Below are positions 38,901 through 48,424 of a DNA stretch of 64,000 nucleotides, piece by piece. A program made the position numbers and the translations under genes. The stretch is from Oikopleura dioica (lineage: Eukaryota; Animalia; Chordata). Positions within the stretch are counted from its first letter, which is position 1. Every line of letters begins with the position of its first letter. Under the pieces are notes generated by a model that was not told the DNA's origin, did no database searches, and saw only the letters and a list, made by a program, of their open reading frames with translations. The DNA is taken from contig OU015568.1 in assembly GCA_907165135.1 (NCBI GenBank), positions 14,705,208 through 14,769,207 on the forward strand, in the 5' to 3' direction.

Positions 38901-41300
38901 TAATGATCAGGCCCGTTTTTCAACTTGAGGATGAGAATGAGATCGTCGACGGGATTCACGAACTTGTCTCCTTGCTTCACACCGAAGTTGAACTTTGAGA
39001 CGACTTCTTTATTGATGTTGAGATCGAATCCTATTGTATAAATTGAGGCATCTCCACTATCTGGCTGTAAGATTACCTGAAAATAACTTCAAATCATGGA
39101 TTTTCATTGCAATTTACCTTATTTGGATCGATCCACAAGCCGATGTTTGAATTAAAAGCTTCGTAGATGTCCTTGTCCGGCGAGAACACTTTCGAATCGA
39201 TGATCTGAAACTGCGCCAGCGTCTTTCCCGTATTCTGCGATCGCTCGTTCCAAAAATTTCAGCTTTCCAAAGTCGATTGCTTTGCTTGAAACAGCCTTTG
39301 CGGAATAAGCTCAATCTCGTGCTTGTCTAGCCAACTGGTAACTTCTTTGTACACGGAGTAGTAGATTTCTTTGTTGATCCTCTCGGTTCGGGCGATGAAA
39401 CTGGCAAGGATTGGTTTGTGGTCAGAAATGGTTATTGAAGGATGTGAAGAATAAGACAGACATTCTACGGATTGTTGTCATTGGCACATATTGATCGCTG
39501 GTTTCTGGGAAATCATCTTGAGTAGTTGAGCTCTCGAATTTTCTTCGTTGATTTTTTCTTTCTAAATAAATTTAAGCCGGCGGATCAGGGATATCACGCA
39601 ACTCTCGGCAAGTTGATGCGATCATGGGTGACAGAGCAGTACGCGAAAAATGATGAACCACCGAATCGAGCTGACGCAGTCCTCAAAGTCAATGAAGCGG
39701 TCTACTGTATTCACCCAGATTGCATCATTGGTTCTTATGCAAGAAGGAAAGTTAATTTTGCATTCAAAAGAATGTGAGAGCTATAACTTTTAGAAACAGT
39801 ACCTAGTGCATTTCTCCTGATCAGTTTTCTTTCGAAAGTTCTTTGTAAGAGCCGGCAGAGTTTGAACGCATATTCTTCTTGATACAGGCAGCACTCGTTC
39901 AATTTGATCCTAAAAATGAAATTAAAAGTAATAAAAAGTGAAATTAATGATAAAAGCGGACTTCTTCACGCTGATCTCGTCAACGAGGAGAAAAACCACG
40001 TCAATCGAGAACTTCCAAAGGCCCCAGAAGAAGAAAAGGCGCGAAAAAAACGAAGAGAAGGAAAAGAATCACTCTACAAGCTCTACAGCAAAGAAGTTTT
40101 GCAAGACTTTCTTTATAAGGACCCGATTATCGAAAGCGATCGCTTTTCTTATAAAACGCGAATAGAACTGAAGGTAATTAATTTGAGAGATATTTTCTGA
40201 TTTTAACTTTTTTTAGGAACCCGACATTGAATTGGAAGAGAGAGTGAAGAAGATTATTCAACTGAAAAACGCAGCAAAAGCTCGAAAATGCGCCGAAACG
40301 AAGAAAAAGAGGAAAATGGAAAGAAGTCAAACCAAGAAAAACCCGATCCCCGATGAGCCTGAAAAAGCACCAGAGGAGAAGGAAGAAGAAGTCGAATCCG
40401 AAGCCGAGGAACCAGAAAGAAAGATCCCAAGGGAGGAGCCACGGAACCGATATGTCCTGGGTCAATTGCTCACTCCAGCGGATTTCGAGAGCATCAGAGG
40501 CAATCGATGGTTTTTCAGCACAGCAGTCGACGCTTTTTTACCGTGTTCTTGAGCATGAACATCCTGAAATTGCGGCAATATCCGTGAATGTATCTGTAAG
40601 TCTATAAAATTTTTTAAAGAATAACTATTTTCTAAGATTTCTTTGGCCAGTCAATCACCGGAAATGGCGAAGAATTTTTTCAGTGGAAGATTGTTCGAGA
40701 CAAAGGAAAGAATCCTGATTCCAATCCATCAATCGTAAGTTAAATAAATATCTATTTTTATGCACTAATGGACTTCTTCCTAATTAAATTTCATTCTAGT
40801 GATCCTATTGGTCATTATTCTCTACTTCAACTCGATCTTGCTCTACAGGAATGTACCTACTTTGATAGCCTTGCAAATCTCTATGGAACTTCTCAAGAAA
40901 AATCCGATGCTAAAAAAAAGAAAAAAGAAATTTTGGACTTGCTTCTACCTTTCATTGGACAACGATTTGACGAACAATTTGCCCGTGGATTCATCAAAAA
41001 CACATTTCTGGACAAGAACATTGCGAGCCCGTCAACTGGAAAATGGCGATCGAAATGCGCAGAGCTACCGACAATGCAATTGGATGGACACTCCTGTGGT
41101 CCGTGGATTTGTCACTTTGCGGATTGTCTAGGAAAGCGATTTATAATTTACCTTGATTTCTTGTCGAATTCTTTTTTGATGAAAGCAGCAATGTTCTTTC
41201 GTTCCCGGAAAGTGCGTTTTTGGCCTTCGAGAGCTTGCTGAGAGTACTGATCCGTGAAGGTGTAGAAGCTGGATGTGTGGAACTCGCGGAAGATGAACGT
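32933..41300 (+). CDS. Intron-rich pogo (DDE_1) transposase fused to Ulp1/C48 SUMO-protease domain; near intact
   Basis: Exons 32933-33072, 35548-35697, 35743-35948, 36005-36166, 36225-36389, 36628-36867, 36915-37012, 39577-39746, 39957-40173, 40217-40589, 40637-40733, 40800-~41130 join in frame (one T-run slip near 40540): KRGPY..GES|YVQIGNDLGIHKDKVRYW (HTH), NIDEK, TSLTAIAADGS, KASMT..ILLLL|DNASQH, FLLANSTDLCQ|PADQG, SYAR|SGLL, PIHQS|DPIGHYSLL, FDSL, QLDGHSCG. Confidence 0.8.
33340..33760 (-). pseudogene. DPP7: Captured 3' fragment of DPP7/PRCP (peptidase S28)
   Basis: YWADNLEATSNTIFSNGDLDPW and SAHHYGLRGSN match S28 SNIIFSNG.LDPW..AHHLDLR; stops and frameshifts; DPP7 vs PRCP not resolved. 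Confidence 0.75.
33896..34625 (-). pseudogene. PIP5K1: Captured 3' fragment of type I PIP 5-kinase
   Basis: RSALYSSPME, GLPALLPDGTQVHIYCGIIDILQCHKILKKTE, then exon VRPGLYAERFQDFL (cf. LYIGIIDILQSY..HRPGFYAERF); internal TAG stop; introns retained. Confidence 0.85.
34625..35525 (-). pseudogene. UGP2: Captured central fragment of UDP-glucose pyrophosphorylase
   Basis: [47 protein letters not shown]..HGDIY (frameshift), IDNLGATVD, LEIAQVPKEHVDKFKSVSKFK, FNTNN, QLETASGAAIK; introns retained. Confidence 0.93.
36423..36587 (-). pseudogene. Orphan 165-nt antisense exon inside transposase intron 5
   Basis: TTTTAG|..|GTTTAT splice sites on minus strand; open 55-codon frame MIRYEWKKSLKAAEKKENLIKINNYSERAMQKAEDDKKEFNDWLEKTRTAEATKK. 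Confidence 0.5.
37640..38240 (-). pseudogene. Fragment ending in a PHD finger (resembles the KDM5 C-terminal PHD type)
   Basis: NKAPNRKRRDK..EDDDEDVDDDGPCVA|GQCKRPDGNKFERVYFERCAKWYHMFCLNV..FVCSDC; one Cys ligand replaced by F. Confidence 0.65.
38280..39480 (-). pseudogene. OCRL: Captured 3' half of OCRL/INPP5B (5-phosphatase end, ASH, RhoGAP-like)
   Basis: YSSHPSITISDHKP, LILILKLKNGPDHYITLSGN*TYSAFG, IETLPGSVASVAEVLLLF, LAGLFAGCILRP; stops and frameshifts; introns retained. Confidence 0.88.
39803..39909 (-). pseudogene. Orphan 107-nt antisense exon inside transposase intron 8
   Basis: TTTTAG|GATCAAATT..GCACTAG|GTACTG on minus strand; two open frames; unidentified. Confidence 0.35.
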
Positions 41301-41733
41301 CTTTTTTTTACAAATTTGCCGTCTAGATCTTTCAGTCAGATTAGACTTACTAAGCCAGTCTTTAATTGATTCAAAAATGAGCAGTTCTTGCTTTTATACC
41401 TCGCTGAATTGATAGCCCCGTTTTCTCGGAGATAGCGAGTGATGTTGTGCGAAGTCGCGTTTTGGGAGCTCTTCTTCAAGTGAATAAAGGGATTTGACAG
41501 GAAAAAGCTTAGAATGTTGATGTCATGCCACTAAAAAGGGTAAACAGACTAATAGATTAAGAGAAATGGCTGGAATATTTTTAGACAGTTGTTTGAGTTT
41601 TCAGAATATCACGCGGAAACATTCCTACAGAAAGACAAATCAATAACGAGCGAAATAAATATAGTGGTCGATGATTAACGGAGAATATCTATTGCGAGAC
41701 AAAGGTGCGGCAGAACGAGTCGTAAATAAAATA

Positions 41734-42121
41734 GGTGGTGGTCTAAACTTTGAAGTTCGTATGTGCGATAAGAACTTCGGGTGGCCTAAACTTTGATCGT
41801 TCCCATGTGTGGCTCTTTGAGAAAGTGGCCTAAACTTTGAATTTCCCCGGAGGCGCTTCTGCCATCGGTGACTAGAGCTCTGCCTGCTAAGGCCACTACG
41901 CTTTAATCAGACCAATTAGGTTTACGGTTTTCATTCAGGGTGATGACACATGGAACTAGTCAGAGCGCCTCAGGGGAAATTCAAAGTTTAGACCACTTTC
42001 ACACATGGAAAGAATCAAAGATTAGGCCACTTTCTCATAGAATCACACATGGGAAGAATCAAAGTTTAGGCCACACAAAGTTCTTATCGCACGTAAGAAC
42101 TTCAAAGTTTAGACCACCACC
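41734..42121. mobile_element. 388-bp MITE nested in the large element
   Basis: TA|GGTGGTGGTCTAAACTTTGAAGTTC .. GAACTTCAAAGTTTAGACCACCACC|TA; subterminal GTGG(T/C)CTAAACTTTGA repeats on both arms. Confidence 0.88.
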
Positions 42122-42169
42122 TATTTTAGTACAAGCAGCAGTGTTTTAAACAAGACTGAGTTTACATGA

Positions 42170-42735
42170 AGTATCCGGCATTTTTGTATAAATGATTGCT
42201 GAAGATGTGAAGAGCATTGCCCCATTCCTTATCCTCTGCAATCTTCCGCGTTTCGAGGGAATTCTCGCGCTTTGGAAACGAGTTTCGCCAGTTGTTTGCT
42301 TTTCGATGTTGCCACTCGACATGGGCGGGATGTCGATAGAAGACGGAGTAGTTTTTGCTCTTCAAAAGATTTGGGACGCAGAACCACCTCGCTCTATAAA
42401 CCAAAAGTAAAAGAAGACAAACGGAAATTTTAACTTACTGTTGCGGGTGGCGTAGAGGTACTTGAAGATCGAAGCACGTCAATATTGATCGCATTCATCT
42501 TGCGCGAAATATTCTCGACTGACATTGAACGCTTCGCGACTGGGAGAACGTCTCGCCGTGTGTTCAAGTTTCTACGAAGGATTAACAATGAAGGAATTGC
42601 AAAAATTGTCATTACTTTTTGGCGAATCTTTTGGGACGCTGATATTTCCGGGAATAGCTTGGTAAGCTCCAGACGCAGTGGACAATGCGCTCATCCATCG
42701 ACGTTGCTTCTCGTAGCTTTCCGCTGCAAGCAGGA
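42170..42735 (-). pseudogene. Captured fragment with a PH-domain-like C-terminal helix and Ser-rich region
   Basis: VLLAAESYEKQRRWMSALSTASG fits the PH terminal helix pattern (AES..E...W..AL); gene not identified. Confidence 0.45.
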
Positions 42736-43110
42736 CATTGTCAATGATTTTATACATTCGTAGTCGATAAATTCCATAGTTTAATTGTTAGATTAGCGGG
42801 ACATGAAGCTATCAATTAATTATTTAGCAAATGATCCTAGTTGGCGATTTTTACCGAGTTATTTTCCCGTGGAATCAAATGCGCAGTCTTGAACGGTGTC
42901 TGTTTGTCCTTTTAGCGTCCTCTCAAATTCGCCACTTTTAAATTCCTAAATCTAGATCGCTTTAAAATGGAGTAAAAGAGAGAAGTCGTTACTTGATTTG
43001 CGAGTCTTCGAAAGCAGTGACGAGTAGACTGAATTGAGGATGGAAAATGGTTCTGCTGAACAAGGTAGAATTCGTGGTGCGGCTGTCTGTATTCTTTTGT
43101 CGGCACAATA
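42735..43110 (-). pseudogene. PAFAH1B1: Captured fragment of LIS1 WD40 repeats
   Basis: RTIFHPQFSLLVTAFEDSQIK | [30 protein letters not shown] | ASCPANLTIKLW vs LIS1 [55 protein letters not shown]. Confidence 0.88.
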
Positions 43111-43977
43111 AAGTGAAGTGGAATCTGCTCTCTGTTCGTGTCCATTATTTCCTGAAACGGTTAATTGTTAAAAGGATAGTAAGCATCTGTTCACTTTTTT
43201 TGATTAATGAACAGAGTATTCTTTTAAAATCGCTAATTAGCTTCCAAAAGGATCTCTCCAGCCGACAGCACAGAGATATGCCAGAGTGGAGAAAAACGAT
43301 TGAAGAAAGGGTAAGAATCAATAATATTTACGCTATTCTGAATAACTTATTCAATTTCTTTTAAAGATTCTCAAATACTGCCGTTGATTTACCTGCTAAG
43401 AAAACTCGCGATTTTATGTCGATTCACGCCGCAAACTCGATGTACAGCTATTGATGACGTCATTACTCCACCACCATAAACCACTGAAAATCATAAATTT
43501 TACTGTCATTCTTATCGCTTCAATAAAACAGACAATATTTAAAAATTAAAAAATAACAATGTTTAAAAAGGTAAAGGTGTATCAAAGGTCAGTGTCAGAA
43601 TATATTCCAAAATGTAATTTCTCTAACTAAGTTCTGGACTTAAACTTCTACAATTGATCTTCCTCTGGAAAAAAAAAGACTGAAATCCCTTGGCTTAATT
43701 TGGCGCTATGATTGGATAACGCGCCCGTTAATGAATCATTAGCGTTGACGCGCATTTCAGCGGCGCGCGAGTAAATTTTGGCGCACGCGGAAAAGTTAGG
43801 AAAGAAATTTGGAAACGCGGGGAACGCGAGGAAGCGTAAATTTTGGGTGTTTTAGAAAAGTTAGGAAACGGAAACTTGGGCGAAATACCACGAATTGCGC
43901 GGAAATTTAGGGGGGGGGTATGTTAGTTAATAAAAATTTCGATATTTTTCGAAAAGGGATTTTCTGAAAATCATTAC

Positions 43978-46305
43978 CTAAGAGTGATGCGAAGGTATTA
44001 GCCATAGCTAGGGAAACTCGATGAAAATTGAGCTTTTTTCTGGGCTTAGTATACCGGGAGTAGAATACCTTTTTAGAAAGCTCAGAAGCTGTGGATCATT
44101 TTGACTATTGACAGTTTTGGGTTTAGATCATGCCTTGGGGGCATTTGGAGCCTCTAAAGTGCTGAAATTCGAGTACTTTCTGAATAGGGGATGAAAAAAG
44201 TGCCCGTTGGGACCTTTCAGAGAAGGCAACCTATCTAGGATTGTAGAGCAGACTCTGACGGTTCAGAATATGTGTTAAAAACCACCGGGACCCCCCCATT
44301 CCAGAGGCTCTAGAAGCCCTTGAAGTTGAGTAAGTCACGCGAAAATCGGTACTTTTTTCATAATAAGTGCCAAATTTTTATTTTCTCTATCTGCAATTGA
44401 TTTAAAAACGTTTAAATGGACTTAATGATGTTCAAAAATGCATTACTGGTCGTTCTAGCTCACTTTGGGAAGCTTTTTAAACAATTTTATTTTTTCTTAT
44501 AATTTGACACCAAGTGACCTCAAATGACCCCGAATGCATTTTTGAACATCATAAAGTCCATTTTAACGTTTTTAAATCAATTGCAGATAGAGAAAATAAA
44601 AATATGGCACTTATTATGAAGAAAGTACCGATTTTCGCTTGACTTCCTCAACTTCAAGGGCTTCTAGAGCCTCTGGAATCGGGGGGTCCCGGTGGTTTTC
44701 TACACATATTCTGAACCGTCAGAGCCTGTTCTACAATCCTAGATAGGTTGCCTTTTCTGAAAGGTCCCAACGGGCACTTTTTTCATCCCCTATTCAGAAA
44801 GTACCCGAATCTTAGCACTTTAGAGGCTCCAAATGCCCCCAGGGCATGACCTCAACCCCTACCTATCAATAGTCAAAATGATCCCCAGCTTCTGAGCTTT
44901 CTTAAAAGGTATTATACTCCCGGTTTACTTACCCCAGAAAAAAGCTCAATTTTCATCGAGTTTCCCTAGCCATAGCGAAGGTTAATCCGGAAAGACCTAA
45001 ATCGAATGTCAACGAAAATCAACTCGAAGCCAGAAGTCCTACCCGGCGCAATTTCCACGTGATTCGCCTTAAAACCGCTGCAAGTGACTCCATTGAACGA
45101 CAACGAAAAAGAAAGGAAGAAAACTATCATCGGTGCATTGCAGCCAACATGACCAGCAAGAGCGATCGAACTGCCAGCCACGCAAAGCCCACTCGTAGAC
45201 ATTATTTTTCTAACCGTTGTAGTCTTCATTTGCCGCTGGCCGACAAGGAAATCGGACACTATTCCGGAAAGAAGCGTCATGACGGGATTCAAAAGCGCTG
45301 GAATGGCAGCTAGAAACATTTTATACAAATCTGTTTAGTATTTATTCACTTACTTAGAATCGCAGCAGATTCGATGTTAAAATGAATTTGCTCGTGCAAG
45401 TAACTCGGCATGTAGCTTGACATGACAAAAATTCCATAATTTCCGGCGCCATGAGCGAGAATAATTGCCCAAACTGGAACGCTCGTCATAATACTTGCCC
45501 ACGGAATTGTTAATCGTTCATTTTTCGTTCCATTTCTTTCGGAAGTTATCAGAGTGAGCTCTTCTTGTGAGATTTTTTTATGCTCTGCTGGCGTGTCGAA
45601 GCAAAAGTACCCGAGAGCTGCTGCAAATAACATCGAAACAGCACCTGTAAAGTAGAAAATGGATTGCCATCCGAGTTCTTTCGCCAGCCAGCCATCAATT
45701 GGGTAGGTCACGGCCATTCCGATTCCCGCTCCCGCAAATTGAATCGACACAAGTCGGCTAAGCTCCTTTGAAGGCGCCCAGCTCCCCCACAGACCCATGA
45801 AAACAGGGTAGATGCAGCCCTGTAAGAAACCGATGAGCACTCGAACGAAGATGAAAAATTTGACTGCAAGCGCGTCTTCCAGCTGGAGAATGACACAGGG
45901 AATAAGAGAGGTCAAGAATCCAGTGGCGAAAAATGATATCGTCAGTGTTTTAACATGTCCGTATTTTTGGCCCGCCCAGGCGCCTGGAATCTGCATAATC
46001 GTGTAACCGATGTAGTACGCGCCAAGAATCTGGCCTTTTGATTTTTCATCCCAGGCGTATCGGACTTGCTCTTCTTCGTTCTCGTGAACATCTATTGATA
46101 TATTTCCGCTTATTGGTTTATATGGACAAACTGTCTTTTCTTCGATCGTAGAAGAGTTTAGAAAATTTGATCTCTCTTGAACATGGTTTATCTCGACCAT
46201 CTGAACGATCGCAATCGAGACATTTCCTCGAAGAGAATAGACATTGAAGGTTGAGAAGAATGCGAAGATTGCTTTTGAAGACTTTTTTGACTGACAACTT
46301 ATCAA
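43978..46305 (-). pseudogene. SLC17 (sialin/VGLUT-like) MFS anion transporter, interrupted near its 3' end
   Basis: IFAFFSTFNVYSLRGNVSIAIV, WDEKSKGQILGAYYIGY, RVLIGFLQGCIYP, WAPSKELSRL, ANHVEIAP; exon GLSGLTFAM|ANTFASL split by the hAT element; last TM helices not found. Confidence 0.8.
44009..44968. mobile_element. 960-bp foldback non-autonomous hAT-type element
   Basis: Termini TAGGGAAACTCG..CGAGTTTCCCTA; 8-bp TSD GCCATAGC at 44001-44008 and 44969-44976; ~436-bp inverted arms around an 88-bp spacer. Confidence 0.92.
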
Positions 46306-46743
46306 ATAAGATGAGGTTTTTTTTCAATATTTATTGCTAAAAAATGTGAAGTAACTGATCTGATTCTAACCCTAACCCTAACTATCTCATATTGAATTGT
46401 GAAGCCTCTGTTCCTAGAATATATCTCTTTGGCAAGGATCCCATTGTCTCTACTGGAAGGATTCGCGTTTCAAAAGTACGTTTACGAAGGTAGTTGCTCC
46501 CTCTAACAAGGTATGTCGAAGCAGATCTTATCAAGATAATGACAGAGGCATTGATCAATGGCAAATTCCCGTGGAGGGAACTTTTGGTGTGCCTTCAAGT
46601 CAATCCGCTGTCCTATCAATCCGAAAAGGCTAAGAACCACATGAGTTGTTCTTTTTGTTGAGATATACAACAGTTTTGATTAAGAGATTTTGACATCGAA
46701 CCTTGTTCAAGTCTCGAGTCGTCAAAAGCGAGCTGACAAAAAT

Positions 46744-48328
46744 ATGCTTTGTAATTTTAAAAGAGAAAAGTTGGCGAAGAACGCGAGTTTATTAGTCTAC
46801 TACTTGGTTTTTTTCTTTATTGGGTTCGATCTGACTATACACTTACCAGGACTGTATAGCTATCTTATTTTCATCGGCTCAGATGGAGCTTATTTTTCGG
46901 AAAGGTTAAAAAACTTTAAGCGTTTAGCGTTAATCCAGTTACCTTTTTTAACTTATAAAAAGTACACAATCGCCATGTTCGCATTTGGAACACTTATTGG
47001 TGGCCCCTTGTTCGGCTACTGTTTTGATCGATACTGGAAATTTCAAAAATTAATAACTGCTTTTGGATTATTCTGCATATTTATTGGTAGCTTCTTATTT
47101 ATCTTGCAGAACGACATTGCGATTCTTTTTGGAAGATTTTTAGCAGGAATCGGCGCTGGGATAGAAGGAGGCATTGTTGGATTGATTTCAAAATCAAGCA
47201 AACCCGCTTCGAGGTCCAAGAAGATAAGTATTCTATATGGCCAAGGCGCTCAAAAAGACATTTGACGCTAATATCAGATATTTTCTAAAAGATTTTTTTT
47301 GTTGGGAGCCTTTGAAAAGACTTAAACAACTGGGAATTCTCCTTGGTCCCTTGACTTTCTCGATTTTTCTCAGCGGAATCGAAAATAAATGCTTGAAGAG
47401 AAAGTCAAAAGATAGTGAGCTTTGCATAATTGGGATCAATAATCACAATTCAACCGGATATTTTGAAATGATTTTCTCTGGAATACTCCTTCTAAGTGCT
47501 TTATTATTCGCTCAAACTCACGAAACGAAGCAAATTCAGCTGAAAACAGAAGAAACGTCGGTTTCAGAGATGAAATTTCGTCAAGTCAAACCTTTTCAAG
47601 TCATCAATGAAATTTCCGTCGTTTGTTGGTTCTCCACTATGACACTCTTTTTATTACAGTCATCGACAGAAGCGATTCTGCCTCAGTTTACAAAGTACTT
47701 TCTTGCCTTTGGTCCTGTGGAAAACTCTTATGTTTATGCAATTGCTGGAGGGAGTTCGATTTTCGGATTTGTAGGAAGATATTAAAATATTAATCCCTCC
47801 AAAGTTTTGGGGTAGGGTTATGGTTGGTTAGGGTTAGGGCTAGGGTTAGGGTTGGCCATAAAAGTTTGGACTCAAATTTTTTGAGTCAAAAGAGTTGAAT
47901 TTCTAATATCTTATAAAGTTCTTGCGATGATAGTGAAATGCCTCAAACCTCGCCAAATCCTGCTAATTGGACTTTTCTCCGAGCTCTTTGTCTCGATTAC
48001 TTTTATTTTCCTCCTTTTCTGGGTCGATTTTCAAGCTCCTTGGTTTATTCCAATCGCCCCAATTATTGGAAATCTCTTCAGCGGCCAAATCTTCGCAGCA
48101 TGCAAATCATTTGCCCCGATTTATACTCTCAATGCTTCCCTATTCACTCTGGCCGGTAGTTTTGTCCTTATTAGTTGGAGAATTCTGAATATCGATACTG
48201 TTCAATTTCATCATCAAAAAAACGAGGGACTTGAAAACTCGGCTTACGAAGAGGAGGTTTCGATGAAGCCTTCTTCAGTCGTCACGAAAAAGAAAGTTTG
48301 TAATGATATCTGCGAAGAAAAAGTGTGA
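46744..48328 (+). CDS. MFS transporter, MFSD8/CLN7-like
   Basis: FFIGFDLTIHLPGLYSYL, GGPLFGYCFD, GRFLAGIGAG, TEAILPQFTKYFL; multiple TM segments over several exons. Confidence 0.6.
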
Positions 48329-48424
48329 GCTGTAAACAGTGTTAGAGATACCCTGTCCTATTGATTGTCTCAAACCTGACAAGCTATTTATTCAATTATC
48401 AAAAACTAGCTCTAAAAATTAAGA

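Larger units (their letters stand above)
32085..43923 (+). mobile_element. 11.8-kb pogo-type TIR transposon carrying captured host gene fragments (Pack-type)
   Basis: TA|ACATACCCCCCCC.. at left and ..GGGGGGGGTATGT|TA at right; ~190-bp imperfect TIRs (block 32212-32243 vs 43769-43800 is 30/32 identical as inverted repeat); internal spliced transposase gene. Confidence 0.88.

Noticed and set aside
32085-43923. MULE, Polinton/Maverick, Ginger or Zisupton identity suggested by size, Ulp1 and PHD
   Set aside because: No 8-10-bp or 6-bp TSD, no AGT or TGT termini, no polB or integrase; the spliced gene has DDE_1 motifs and TA flanks; the PHD is antisense cargo
46366-47855. Chromosome end suggested by TTAGGG tracts
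   Set aside because: Tracts are short, degenerate and lie between genes or within an intron
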